From positions 1 to 55,278 of the forward strand of contig DAIDIA010000263.1 in assembly GCA_027459565.1 (NCBI GenBank): a stretch of DNA of 55,278 nucleotides, written 5' to 3'. Each line of letters starts with the position of its first letter. Within the stretch, counting starts at the first letter, position 1. Positions 9,200 to 19,135 of this stretch are shown here, piece by piece. The notes under the pieces are model-generated. The model searched no databases, had not been told where the DNA came from, and saw only the letters and a program-made list of their open reading frames with translations. The stretch is from Acidimicrobiaceae bacterium. Lineage in GTDB: Bacteria > Actinomycetota > Acidimicrobiia > Acidimicrobiales > Bog-793. A program made the translations under genes and the position numbers.

Positions 9200-10063
9200 T
9201 CAACTCCCGGCGATCGCGTCCGCGAGAAGGTCGACCTGATCGGGATCGGCGACGCACGGATTGATGACGAGCTCGTCGCAGCCCGCCTCCTCAAAGAGGG
9301 CGATCTGCTCACGGACGAGCTCTGGTCGGACCAGTGCAGTCGCGGCACGTTGATTGGCCCCGTCGCCGCGATACGCGTTGTAGGCACGCAGATACCCGTC
9401 CACCGCATCCTGTCCGTTCGCACCGAGAGCGAATCTCGGCGTCAACGCGAGAATCCGCGGTGAGCCCTCCCTGTCTTCGTCCTTCCAGGCATCGCGCGCG
9501 CGAGCCGCACCCTCGCGCACTCCAGAGGGACCGCCCGAGGTTGCACAGACCCAGCCGGTCCCGTACCGGGCGAGGCGCCGGAACGTGGCATCAGAGCTTC
9601 CACCGAAGATCATCCGGGGTCCTGCGGGCAGTGTCGGCGCGGGACCGATGGGTTCCGCCGTCCCACTCCAGATCGCGTGGGTGCGCTCCAAGAGCGCGTC
9701 CATGAGTCGTCCGCGCGAGTGGAAATCGACCGCGGAGGCGAGGAAGTCATCCTCTCGTGATCCGACGCCGAGGCCAAGGACGAACCGCCCGTCCGAGATC
9801 CGGTCGATGCTCGCCACCTGTTTCGCAAATTCCGCAACATTGGTGCGCAACGGTCCGAGCACGACCGCGGCGGTGATCCGGATCCTCTCCGTGACCGCTG
9901 CCGCTGCCGCTGCCGATATCAAGATGTCGTAGCCACCCCAGACCAGCCGATCGTCAACGATCAACGAGGAGAAACCCCGCGCCTCTGCCCGTTGTGCCCA
10001 TTCCCTCATGGTCTTCGAGCTGACGCCGGGAATCATCCCCGGCATACCGATCGCAATCTCCAT
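9200..10063 (-). CDS. LLM-class (luciferase-like) F420-dependent oxidoreductase
   Basis: MEIAIGMPGMIPG...ARGFSSLIVDDRLVWGGYD...RFVLGLGVGSREDDF. The ATG at 10063 is preceded by GGAGG. The track start at 10246 is over-extended. Confidence 0.85.
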   Translation of the reverse strand: MEIAIGMPGMIPGVSSKTMREWAQRAEARGFSSLIVDDRLVWGGYDILISAAAAAAVTERIRITAAVVLGPLRTNVAEFAKQVASIDRISDGRFVLGLGVGSREDDFLASAVDFHSRGRLMDALLERTHAIWSGTAEPIGPAPTLPAGPRMIFGGSSDATFRRLARYGTGWVCATSGGPSGVREGAARARDAWKDEDREGSPRILALTPRFALGANGQDAVDGYLRAYNAYRGDGANQRAATALVRPELVREQIALFEEAGCDELVINPCVADPDQVDLLADAIAGS

Positions 10064-10255
10064 CGTGACCTCGCCTCCCGTCTCTGTCACAGCACCCGCG
10101 CGCTCAAAAGGAAGCGCGTCGCCCCTTGGCCAAGACGTTCTTAGTGCAAAAGTGCCGAGAACCACAACGTGGACGATCTTGCGCCTGTTGGGTCGCCTTC
10201 GCGAACCGGTGATGATCACGCAGGTACTCGGACGACGCCCTAACATTTCGCGGCA

Positions 10256-11776
10256 ATGGACCTCAAGACGACCGATCGAGGGCCTGCGAGCCGCTGGATC
10301 ATCCTTGCAGTCGTGACAATGGTTGCCTTCGTCACCAACCTCGACTCGACGATCGTGATCATTGGCCTGCCGCGCATCGTCGCGTCATTGCATACATCGA
10401 TTACCGTCGGCCTCTGGACCGTTACGGCCTACATCATCACCTCGACGGTCTTCTTGTTGCCCGCGGGTCGATGGTCGGATTCGGCAGGGCGCAGAGTCTG
10501 CTTCGTCTTCGGCCTTGCGCTCTTCACCGTCGGCACGATGTTGTGCGGGCTCGCGGCCTCGGGAACCGAGTTGATCATCTTCCGATTGATCCAAGGAGCC
10601 GGCGGCTCGTTCGCGGTGGCGACGGGAACCCCGATCCTCGTCGATGTCTTTCCCCCCAGTGAACTCGGTCGTGCTCTTGGTGCGAATGCGACGGCGTGGG
10701 TGGTCGGTTCGATCGTGGGACCCGTTGCCGGTGGAGCGATCGTCTCTGGCCTCGGTTGGCGATGGATCTTCTATGTGACCGTGCCATTCGGCGTCATCGG
10801 TGCATTGCTCGGATGGCTGGTCATTCCCAACCGCGCGCCCTCGTCGGGGAGGGTTCGCAACGACTGGCTTGGCATCGCAACCTTCGCCGTCGTGCTCGTG
10901 AGCCTGTTGACCGCGTTGTCCGAGGGTCTTGCCTGGGGCTGGACATCCTGGCGGATCATCTCGCTGTTCGGTGCCTGCGTGATATTCGGCGTGCTGTTCG
11001 CATTCCTTGAGACGCACATCGACGAGCCGTTGTTTGATCTCGCGGTGGTGCGCAACACGCACTATCGGGTCGGTTTGGCGATCGGCCTGTTCTATGGCAC
11101 GGGGTTCTTTGCGACGACCTTCCTGCTTGCCTTCTACCTCCAGGGAGCGCTCCGGCTCAGTCCGCTTGACGCTGGCCTGCTCCTCATTCCACTCTCTGCT
11201 CCCCAGATCGTGCTCGCCCCCCTGGGCGGTCACATCGCGGATCGGTTCGGACCTGCCCGTCCGATGCTGTTTGGATTGGTGCTCCTGATCAGCTCCGCGG
11301 TATGGCTCGCGCAGCTCGGACCCAAGCTCGACATCGTCTCTGTGGTCATGCCGTTGATCTTGATGTCGGTCGCAAACGGATTCACCTGGCCGCCATTGGT
11401 GAAGGCGGTCATGTCCGCAGCCCCAGCCGGTCGATCCGGCGCGGCATCGGGAATCTTCTACACCGTGCGATACATCGCGTCCTCGCTCAGTTTCACGCTC
11501 GCGCTCGTCGTCGCCGAGGTCACGCTGCCACCCGCGCTCGCAGTGCGGATATATCTCGGCTCGTCGCATGTCGTGAATGGGGCGACGGTGCACGCACTGG
11601 TGCATTCGACGGATATCGGATTCAAGCTCTTTGTCGCGTTCTACGTCGTCGCGCTCTTCTTCGCGGTCGCGCTATTGAAACCCGCGCGCGTCCGACAGCC
11701 CGTCGAAGCCTCCGCGGCTCCGAGCAACGCTCTGTCGATCACCTCCGAGAGTGCATTCACCTCCGAGAGTGCATGA
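10256..11776 (+). CDS. MFS transporter, DHA2 (14-TMS drug:H+ antiporter) family
   Basis: 506 aa. LDSTIVIIGLPRI near the N-terminus, GRWSDSAGRR (MFS motif A) and about 14 hydrophobic segments. Confidence 0.9.
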   Translation: MDLKTTDRGPASRWIILAVVTMVAFVTNLDSTIVIIGLPRIVASLHTSITVGLWTVTAYIITSTVFLLPAGRWSDSAGRRVCFVFGLALFTVGTMLCGLAASGTELIIFRLIQGAGGSFAVATGTPILVDVFPPSELGRALGANATAWVVGSIVGPVAGGAIVSGLGWRWIFYVTVPFGVIGALLGWLVIPNRAPSSGRVRNDWLGIATFAVVLVSLLTALSEGLAWGWTSWRIISLFGACVIFGVLFAFLETHIDEPLFDLAVVRNTHYRVGLAIGLFYGTGFFATTFLLAFYLQGALRLSPLDAGLLLIPLSAPQIVLAPLGGHIADRFGPARPMLFGLVLLISSAVWLAQLGPKLDIVSVVMPLILMSVANGFTWPPLVKAVMSAAPAGRSGAASGIFYTVRYIASSLSFTLALVVAEVTLPPALAVRIYLGSSHVVNGATVHALVHSTDIGFKLFVAFYVVALFFAVALLKPARVRQPVEASAAPSNALSITSESAFTSESA

Positions 11777-12028
11777 GCGCGAGCCGCCGGACTGCGCGCG
11801 TGCTCGGAGGCGCGAGTTGCTGCTAGGGTGAAGGGGAACCACGTAGGGAATATGACTACGTGAACGTCGGTGCACGTTGCCGATGGGCCGCGACGAGTCC
11901 TGTCACATGCGGCCGCCCTCCGCTGCTCACGACGCGGCAGTCCCGGTACGCCGGTTCTCACGGAGGCCACAGTGGGGCTGTCGTCCCCTTCATCCGTGCT
12001 TGATGCACCCACGTACCTGGAGCTTTTC

Positions 12029-13681
12029 TTGTCTATTACTTTTGCTGAACTCGGTGTTGCCGAGGATTTCGTCCGCGGACTTCATGCCCGAGGGATCGAT
12101 CACGCTTTTCCCATCCAGTCCGCGACGCTCGCGGACGCGCTGGCGGGCCACGATGTCTGTGGACGGGCCCCGACGGGCTCAGGCAAGACGCTTGCCTTCG
12201 GAATCCCCGTCGTCACCCGCGTCGGCCACGCCTCATCGCGCCGACCGAAGGCGCTCATCCTTGCGCCGACGCGCGAGCTCGCGGCACAGATCTGCGAGGA
12301 GCTCACCCAGCTTGGGTCGCTTCGCGACTGCAGGGTGGCGAGCTTCTACGGTGGCGTGGGTTTTGGACCACAGCTCGACGCATTGCGCCGAGGCGTCGAC
12401 ATCGCCGTCGCGTGTCCTGGCAGGTTGGCTGACCTCATCGATCGCGGAGCACTGCGTCTGAACGAGGTCGAGATCGTCGTCGTCGACGAGGCAGATCGCA
12501 TGGCGGACATGGGCTTCATGCCTATCGTGAGAGAGCTCCTCGATCAGGTCAGCTCCAGTCGCCAGACGCTGCTCTTTTCCGCGACGCTCGACGGAGACGT
12601 GAAGGAGCTGATCCGCAGGTATCAGAACAATCCGAAGCGCTACGAGATCGACAGCAAGGAAGATGCGATCGGCGAGTCCGCGACCCATTACTTCTGGCGC
12701 ACCGATTCCAGCGAGCGCGTCGCCCTCGCGACGCGCATCGTCTCGGTGCACAAGGCAGCGATGGTCTTCTGCCGCACCAAGCGCGGCGTCGATCGTCTGG
12801 TGAAGCATCTGAAAATGTCCGGACTCGACGTCGGGGCTATCCATGGTGACCGATCCCAGGCCCAGCGTGACCAGGCGCTCGAGGCGTTCAAGTCCCAGAG
12901 ACTCCAGGTTCTCGTCGGCACCGATGTCGCTGCGCGAGGAATCCACGTCGACGGTGTCGACTGTGTCGTGCACTTCGATCCGCCAGAGGACGAGAAGGCG
13001 TATGTTCACCGCTCGGGCCGGACTGGTCGGGCGGGCGCAGGCGGGACGGTTGTCTCCTTGGTGACAAGAGAGCACCAGGGATTCATCAAGAAGCTCCAAT
13101 CGCGCCTGAACCTTGGAACATCGATCGAGGAGCCGAACGAGCGAATCCTCTCGGCCGATCCGATCTATGTGAAGAACGCCACGCGTCCACACACGCCATC
13201 ACGTAGCCGTGATGACCGGCCGTCGCGACCGCGCAATGACCGGCCCTACCGGGCACGCACGGGCAGGCCCGCGCGCGCGGCGATCGACCGTGACGATTGG
13301 TCACCCGAGGCTCGCGTGGCACGGGACGATCGTCCTGGTCGAACTGGCTCGGACCGTCCGTCGCGCAATCCAGATCTCCGTCCGTCGCGACCCTCCGAGG
13401 GCAACGCCGCCCGGGCGCCGCAGGGACGCAATGCCTATGGCAACGACGGCCGGCCGCCGCGTGCGCGCACCGAACGGCCGGCGCGCGCCGGTGGTGAGTG
13501 GACGCCGAGGGCGCCGGGATCGAACCCGAAGCGCAGCTCAGAGTCCGGTCGCACGAACCCCTCCCGGGACAGCCGTCCTGCGAAACTGGGCGCTCCGCGA
13601 CCGAACGGCTCTGGAGGCGGTCGCAGCCAGCGGACCTTCACCGGCGCAAAGCCGCGCGACGCGCGCCGCACCGCTCGGTAG
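12029..13681 (+). CDS. DEAD-box ATP-dependent RNA helicase with Arg/Pro/Asp-rich C-terminal tail
   Basis: Q-motif FAELGV...HAFPIQ, Walker A APTGSGKTLAF, VVDEADRM (DEAD), SAT, and HRSGRTGRAG. The likely start is the TTG at 12029, 6 nt after GGAG (12019-12022). The longest ORF starts at the GTG at 11870 inside a hairpin. The last ~170 aa are low-complexity DRPSRPRNDRP-type sequence. Confidence 0.9.
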   Translation: MSITFAELGVAEDFVRGLHARGIDHAFPIQSATLADALAGHDVCGRAPTGSGKTLAFGIPVVTRVGHASSRRPKALILAPTRELAAQICEELTQLGSLRDCRVASFYGGVGFGPQLDALRRGVDIAVACPGRLADLIDRGALRLNEVEIVVVDEADRMADMGFMPIVRELLDQVSSSRQTLLFSATLDGDVKELIRRYQNNPKRYEIDSKEDAIGESATHYFWRTDSSERVALATRIVSVHKAAMVFCRTKRGVDRLVKHLKMSGLDVGAIHGDRSQAQRDQALEAFKSQRLQVLVGTDVAARGIHVDGVDCVVHFDPPEDEKAYVHRSGRTGRAGAGGTVVSLVTREHQGFIKKLQSRLNLGTSIEEPNERILSADPIYVKNATRPHTPSRSRDDRPSRPRNDRPYRARTGRPARAAIDRDDWSPEARVARDDRPGRTGSDRPSRNPDLRPSRPSEGNAARAPQGRNAYGNDGRPPRARTERPARAGGEWTPRAPGSNPKRSSESGRTNPSRDSRPAKLGAPRPNGSGGGRSQRTFTGAKPRDARRTAR

Positions 13682-13722
13682 TCACCGGGGGCGGAACTCG
13701 TTCCCCGCGATGGTCTGCGTCT

Positions 13723-15249
13723 CTAGTTCGAGGGGCAGACGCTGCCCTTCGGGGGCAGGGCCAGCGTCGTGAAATAGCGGTCGGTCCAGTTTCGGACGCA
13801 GCTCGAGAACAGATACGCCGTGTGGCCAGAGCCGGTACGGGTCAGCAGATCCGCGTTCCCAAGCTCCTTCGCAACGTTCACCGCCCCCGAATACGGGGTC
13901 GCGGGATCTCCCGTCGAGCCCACCACCAGGATCTCGCTCCTCGAGCGATTCGCGATCGCTGCGGGAGAGCTCGTCGGCTTGACCGGCCAGTAGGTGCAGG
14001 TGATCGTGCCCCACGCCTCGGATGCACCGAATACGGGCGCTGCCTTCGCCATCGTCGTGGCGAGCGTTTTGTACTGGGCGATCGAGGTCGGCGCCTTGTT
14101 GTCCTCACAACCTGTTGCGATGTTCGCTGCGGTCATGTTCGAGTAGGTGCCGTTCTGTTGAAGCCCCGCGTAGGAGTAGGCGATCGCAGCGAGCAGGTTC
14201 CCATTCCCGCGGTATGCGGAGGCGATCGCCTTCGCAAGGTCGGGCCACTGTTGATTCGAGTAGAGCGAGGCAGCGATCGCGGTGGTCAATACGCCATAGT
14301 TCACTGTGACCGTCCCGCCGTAGAGGACAGCGAGGTGTGCCTTCACGCTTGCCCCCTTGGAGAAGCTCGTCAGAAGTCCGGTGAGTGCCCCTTTGACCCC
14401 CTTCGGGAACTCCCTGGCGCATGTCGAATTCGTCGGGCACCAGCGATAGAAATCCTGCAGGTCGCGTTCGAATCCGATCGCCTGCTGGAGGTTCGAGGCG
14501 GTTGTCGAGAGTGCTGGATCGACGACTCCATCAAGCACCATCGCGCGAAAGTTCTGTGGAAAGAGTTTGACGTAGAGCTCGCCGATGTACGTGCCGTAGG
14601 AGAATCCGAAGTAGTTCAATTTCGGCTCGCCGAGCGCAATCCGCAGCCGATCGAGGTCGCGCACCGTGTTGATCGTGCCCACATTGTCGAGGATGAAGGC
14701 GGGCGTCTCGGTCTGGCAGCCCTTGATGAACGACTTCACGCCATCGACCACCTGCCGGATCTGCGCGTCGTTCGTCGGCGACGGGTTGAGGCCGATCAAC
14801 GCGCGCATACCCGCCGCGTCCGTGCAGTTGACGGGTTCGCTCGCGCCGACTCCGCGCGGATCGAAGCTGACCAGATTGAAGTCCTGGCGAAGCGAAGCGG
14901 GAAAAGACTGGTACGACTCGGTGAGAAAGGAGATTCCCGATGCACCGGGCCCTCCGGGATTCAGCACGATGTCGCCGATCGGGTGCGGACCTGTCGCAGG
15001 AAGCTCGATGACGGAGATATCGAGTGTTCCCTGCGCCGGATGTGCGTAGTTCGCCGGGACCGGGAGGGTCGCGCACTCAAAGGACTTCTCGCAGGCGCTC
15101 CACGAGAGTGACGGGATCGGGGAGGCTCCTGCGACTGAGAGGGGAGACACGGTCAGCACGCCCGACACTCCCGCGACGAGCGCGAGGAGGGTGGCACGGG
15201 AACTCCAAAACCGGTGTTGATTGCGCATATAGCCCATCACTCTAGACAC
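13723..15249 (-). CDS. secreted alpha/beta hydrolase (tripeptidyl aminopeptidase / S33 TAP-like)
   Basis: Signal peptide ATLLALVAGVSGVLTVSPLSVAGA. Nucleophile elbow GFSYGTY. C-terminal TAP-like block ILVVGSTGDPATPY...GSGHTAY. Confidence 0.85.
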   Translation of the reverse strand: MSRVMGYMRNQHRFWSSRATLLALVAGVSGVLTVSPLSVAGASPIPSLSWSACEKSFECATLPVPANYAHPAQGTLDISVIELPATGPHPIGDIVLNPGGPGASGISFLTESYQSFPASLRQDFNLVSFDPRGVGASEPVNCTDAAGMRALIGLNPSPTNDAQIRQVVDGVKSFIKGCQTETPAFILDNVGTINTVRDLDRLRIALGEPKLNYFGFSYGTYIGELYVKLFPQNFRAMVLDGVVDPALSTTASNLQQAIGFERDLQDFYRWCPTNSTCAREFPKGVKGALTGLLTSFSKGASVKAHLAVLYGGTVTVNYGVLTTAIAASLYSNQQWPDLAKAIASAYRGNGNLLAAIAYSYAGLQQNGTYSNMTAANIATGCEDNKAPTSIAQYKTLATTMAKAAPVFGASEAWGTITCTYWPVKPTSSPAAIANRSRSEILVVGSTGDPATPYSGAVNVAKELGNADLLTRTGSGHTAYLFSSCVRNWTDRYFTTLALPPKGSVCPSN

Positions 15250-15293
15250 CCGCAGCGCCGAACGTGCTGGCGCGAGAGGGTGAACGCGCGCAG

Positions 15294-16232
15294 CTATCCG
15301 CGGGTGACGCGCAGGTGCCCGAAGCGTTCGCGGACGAGATCGAGGTCGTCGTCGGGCAGTGGTCCGCGTTGCATCGAGAGGATGTTCTGTTCAAGGTGGT
15401 CGACGTCGCCAGTTCCGACGAGAACGACATGCACCCCTGGCTCATAGCGCGCGAGTCGATACGAGGCCTCGGCGAGAGTCGCGGCATGGCCGGGACCAAC
15501 GAGGAATCCCAGCGGATCACGCGGGTCAACGCTGTCGTGCACGAGTTTGCCATCGGCGATCAGCTGGCGTACCGCTGCTCTGAGCAACTCCGGATTCGAA
15601 TAGGGACCACGGGCCGCCCCCATGATCTCGACGGCGATGTTGTTCCGGATCGTATCCGGGAAGACGCGGGTTCGCGCTCCCTGGTTGAAGAGGTTGAAGC
15701 CGGTCATGATGACGTCGAAGTCGCCCTCTGCGGCTGCGCGCGCGAGCATCGCATGGTCCGCGTCCTGACTCGTCGACTCCGAGACGCCAAAGAAGCGGAT
15801 CTTCCCCTCTTCCCTGCAGCGCTCCAGCACGGGAAAGATCTCGCTGATCGCGTAGTCGTACTCGCTGAGCGCGAGACGGTGAAGGTGATAGACATCGATC
15901 ATCTCGGTGCGGAGCAATCGAAGGGAGTCCTCGATCTCCTCGCGAAATTGCGCAGCGCTCAGCAGGGTTCCGTCATCTCGCGAGGCGTACGCCTTCGTCG
16001 AGAGCACGATGTTCTCGCGTGAACCGCGAAGGCCGTCTCCGACGACGGCCTCGGTCCCGTATCCCTTTGCGGTATCAAAGTAGGTGATGCCGAGTTCGAG
16101 CGCCCGATGGATGACCTCGACCGCCTGACGTTCATCGGCCCCGCCTCCCATCCCAAGTCTGCTCGCTCCCCCGGTGCCGAGGCCGATCGAGCTGACGCTC
16201 ATGCCGGTGCGGCCGAAGGTCACGTAGTCCAT
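15294..16232 (-). CDS. aldo/keto reductase
   Basis: MDYVTFGRTGMSVSSIGLGTGG, ITYFDTAKGYG, IDVYHLHR and FFGVSE are AKR motifs; 312 aa. Confidence 0.9.
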   Translation of the reverse strand: MDYVTFGRTGMSVSSIGLGTGGASRLGMGGGADERQAVEVIHRALELGITYFDTAKGYGTEAVVGDGLRGSRENIVLSTKAYASRDDGTLLSAAQFREEIEDSLRLLRTEMIDVYHLHRLALSEYDYAISEIFPVLERCREEGKIRFFGVSESTSQDADHAMLARAAAEGDFDVIMTGFNLFNQGARTRVFPDTIRNNIAVEIMGAARGPYSNPELLRAAVRQLIADGKLVHDSVDPRDPLGFLVGPGHAATLAEASYRLARYEPGVHVVLVGTGDVDHLEQNILSMQRGPLPDDDLDLVRERFGHLRVTRG

Positions 16233-16440
16233 GGAGTCACTCTATGGCCGAGTTCTCGATCTGGGAAGCGTCGTAGTCGCGTCAACCGATTTGGGAGAGG
16301 CAAGGCGCGTGATCTCATCCGAGTCCACGTCCTCTCGATCTCAATGGGTGCGATCACCAGAGGGCCGAATTTCGGCGAGGGGAGTAGCATCCCAAAGATT
16401 CACACATCACATCGCTGAATGTTCATGTAGAGAAGAACGC

Positions 16441-17877
16441 ATGTTGAATCTGCAGTCGAGGATCAAAGAACAGCACGCTGTCGCCGCGGTGTACGTGATC
16501 TCGCTTTTCATGGCCTCGATGGATGGCCAGATCGTCAACGTCGCGCTTGCAACCCTTACCCGACAGTTCCATGTTCCCACCTCGTCCGTGCAGTGGGTAG
16601 TCACCGGTTACCTGTTGAGCCTTGCGGTATTCATCCCGGCCTCTGGCTGGTTCGGGGATCGGTTCGGCACAAAGCGGATACTGCTTTCGTCGATATTCAT
16701 CTTTACGCTCGCCTCGTTCCTCTGCTCCACCTCGACGAGCATCACGCAGCTGACCGTCTATCGCGTGCTTCAGGGAATCGGTGGCGGTCTTTTGACACCG
16801 GTTGGAGCATCGATGCTCTATCGCGCGTTTCCTCCGGAGCGCAGGGCCAGCATCCAGCCGACGCTCGGACTTGCGACAATCATCGCGCCGACCTCAGCGC
16901 CGGTGATCGGCGGGTTGATCGTGACGCGACTGAACTGGCACTGGATCTTTCTCGTGAACATTCCGATTGGAGCAGTCTCGTTCCTCTTTGGCGCGGTGTT
17001 TCTTCGCGAACACCGCGAGAACCCGGGTGCCCGGTTTGACCTCACGGGATTTGTGCTCGCCGGCGCGGGTCTCGCCTCCCTGATCTACGCGCTCAACCAG
17101 GGTCCAATTCGCGGATGGGGCTCCTTCGCCGTCGTTGTAGCGGGAGCCGCGGGCGTTGCGATGCTGCTCGGGTTCATCGTGACCGAGCTCAGGTCGCACC
17201 ATCCGATGCTGCGCCTTCGACTCTTTCGCGACAAGGCCTTCCGGATCTCATCGGTGATCACGGCGTTCGCAAATGGATCCTTCCAGGGAATCATGTTGCT
17301 CACGCCGCTCTATCTCCAGGAGGTGCGGGGATTCACCGGGCTTCAAGCGGGTCTCACGACGTTTCCTATCTCCGTGGGTGTGATGTGCTCTGCTCAGTTC
17401 GTGCGTCGGACCTATCACATCTTTGGTCCGAGACGGACGATCTCCTTTGGCCTGGGTTTCATGGTGATCATGCTCGTCGTCTTCTCCTTCGAGGCCAAGT
17501 ATGCGTCGCCGTGGACACTCCGGGTGATGCTGTTCACCCTTGGACTCGGTGTCGGACAGTCGAACCTTCCGGTGAACATCTCGGCATTTTCCAATGTCAC
17601 CAGCGCGGACATGGGGCACGGCTCCGCGCTGTTCAATATGGTGAGGCGCGCTGCTCCGGCGCTCGCGGTCGCGATACTTACGACCGTGCTCGCGAGCACG
17701 GACCACCACCGCCTCATTCCCTCGCTTTTTGCCTTCCAGGTCACCTTCGTCGTCTGCGCGCTCATCGGGTTCGGCGGCTCCATGTCCGCACTGTTCCTGC
17801 GTAATGAATACGTCGCGAACTCGATGAACCCACCGCGCCAACCCGAGTCTGTCATCGAGACCGAGGGTGCCGAATGA
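16441..17877 (+). CDS. MFS transporter, DHA2 family
   Basis: From the ATG at 16441: MLNLQSRIKEQHAVAAVYVISLFMASMDGQIVNVALATL, then GWFGDRFGTKR (motif A) and about 14 TMS. The track start at 16231 is over-extended. Confidence 0.9.
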   Translation: MLNLQSRIKEQHAVAAVYVISLFMASMDGQIVNVALATLTRQFHVPTSSVQWVVTGYLLSLAVFIPASGWFGDRFGTKRILLSSIFIFTLASFLCSTSTSITQLTVYRVLQGIGGGLLTPVGASMLYRAFPPERRASIQPTLGLATIIAPTSAPVIGGLIVTRLNWHWIFLVNIPIGAVSFLFGAVFLREHRENPGARFDLTGFVLAGAGLASLIYALNQGPIRGWGSFAVVVAGAAGVAMLLGFIVTELRSHHPMLRLRLFRDKAFRISSVITAFANGSFQGIMLLTPLYLQEVRGFTGLQAGLTTFPISVGVMCSAQFVRRTYHIFGPRRTISFGLGFMVIMLVVFSFEAKYASPWTLRVMLFTLGLGVGQSNLPVNISAFSNVTSADMGHGSALFNMVRRAAPALAVAILTTVLASTDHHRLIPSLFAFQVTFVVCALIGFGGSMSALFLRNEYVANSMNPPRQPESVIETEGAE

Positions 17878-18000
17878 TCGCGAGAGGGTCCTCTCGTTCT
17901 TTGGCGACCTTCGGAGCTGCGGGCTACGCTCGGTCAGCGCGGATCGGGGGAGCACTTGGGCGACTGAGCAACGTCCGCGGCGACTGATCGGGGGTCAGAG

Positions 18001-19119
18001 ATGTCAAACGCGGTTTCGTCCCAAGAACGCGGAGAGTCTTTCGAGAAAGCCGGCATCAAGGTCATCGATGGAGATGGCCACATCATCGAGGACGCGCAGG
18101 GAATCGTGAGCTTCATGCCCCCCGAATACCGCGAGGTGTTCGAACTCAAGCCGGACACCATTTTCCCACCGCTTGACCACCTGCATGCCGGAAGGGCGGT
18201 GCAGACCCCACCGGACCGCGATCGCCGTCCACCCGTTGGGCCCGAGGGTTGGTCCGCGTTCCTCAGCGACGCGGGAATCGAGAAGACCGTTCTGTATCCG
18301 ACCCGGGCGCTCGCATACGGACATGTGCAGAGCCTCGACTACGCCGCTGTTGTCGCGCGCGCGTACAACGACTGGCTGGCGAAGACCTACCTCGAGGCCG
18401 ACGACCGATTCCACGGCATTGCCATCATCCCGATGCAAGACCCCGAGGAGGCGGTCAAGGAGCTCCGCCGCGCGGTGACCGAGCTCGGCATGCTCGGCGC
18501 GATGATGCCCTCGAACGGACTGCCGCATCTTCTCGGTGCGAAGCCCTATTGGCCGATCTACGAGGAGGCCGAGCGTCTTGGGTGTGTGCTCTCGGTCCAC
18601 GGAGGCGCACATGACAACTTCGGACTCGATCATCTGAACTGGTATGTCCCCGTACACGCGCTCGGTCACCCGTGGGGCCAGGCGGTCAACTGCGCAAGCA
18701 TCGTGTACAACGGAATCTTCGATCAGTTCCCAGGGATCAAGATCGGGTTCCTCGAGGGAGGCGTCGCCTGGCTGCTTTTGTGTCTTGAGCGATTCCATGC
18801 CTCACACGAGACGCACTTCCAACATCTGCCCGAGGGTGCACCTGGACTTCGCGAGGACCAGCGGCCCGATCGCTACATCATCGAACAGATCCATGCGGGT
18901 CGTTTCTTCATCGGGTGCGAAACCGAGGAGCTGACCATGCCGTTCGCGATCAAGATCGTCGGAAACCAGCCGTTCTTCTACTCCTCGGACTTTCCCCACG
19001 AGGTGACGCTCGCGAGCTGTCGGGCCGATATTCACGAGCTGCTCGAGAGCGAGGAACTGACCGAGGACGACAAGATCGGGATCATGTCGGCAAACGCCGA
19101 GCGTTTCTACGGCTTCTAG
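18001..19119 (+). CDS. amidohydrolase_2 family protein (ACMSD/LigW-type metal-dependent decarboxylase/hydrolase)
   Basis: KVIDGDGHIIE at the N-terminus, YNDWLAKTY, LGMLGAMMP, SVHGG and FLEGGVAWL match the PF04909-type pattern. Confidence 0.8.
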   Translation: MSNAVSSQERGESFEKAGIKVIDGDGHIIEDAQGIVSFMPPEYREVFELKPDTIFPPLDHLHAGRAVQTPPDRDRRPPVGPEGWSAFLSDAGIEKTVLYPTRALAYGHVQSLDYAAVVARAYNDWLAKTYLEADDRFHGIAIIPMQDPEEAVKELRRAVTELGMLGAMMPSNGLPHLLGAKPYWPIYEEAERLGCVLSVHGGAHDNFGLDHLNWYVPVHALGHPWGQAVNCASIVYNGIFDQFPGIKIGFLEGGVAWLLLCLERFHASHETHFQHLPEGAPGLREDQRPDRYIIEQIHAGRFFIGCETEELTMPFAIKIVGNQPFFYSSDFPHEVTLASCRADIHELLESEELTEDDKIGIMSANAERFYGF

Positions 19120-19135
19120 CCGAAAAGGAGATTCA

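Noticed and set aside
13682-13722. Terminator hairpin between the convergent helicase and hydrolase genes. A similar candidate lies at 33374-33503.
   Set aside because: Only short (4-5 bp) or bulged stems with oversized loops and no T-tract. Not distinguishable from random GC-rich sequence.
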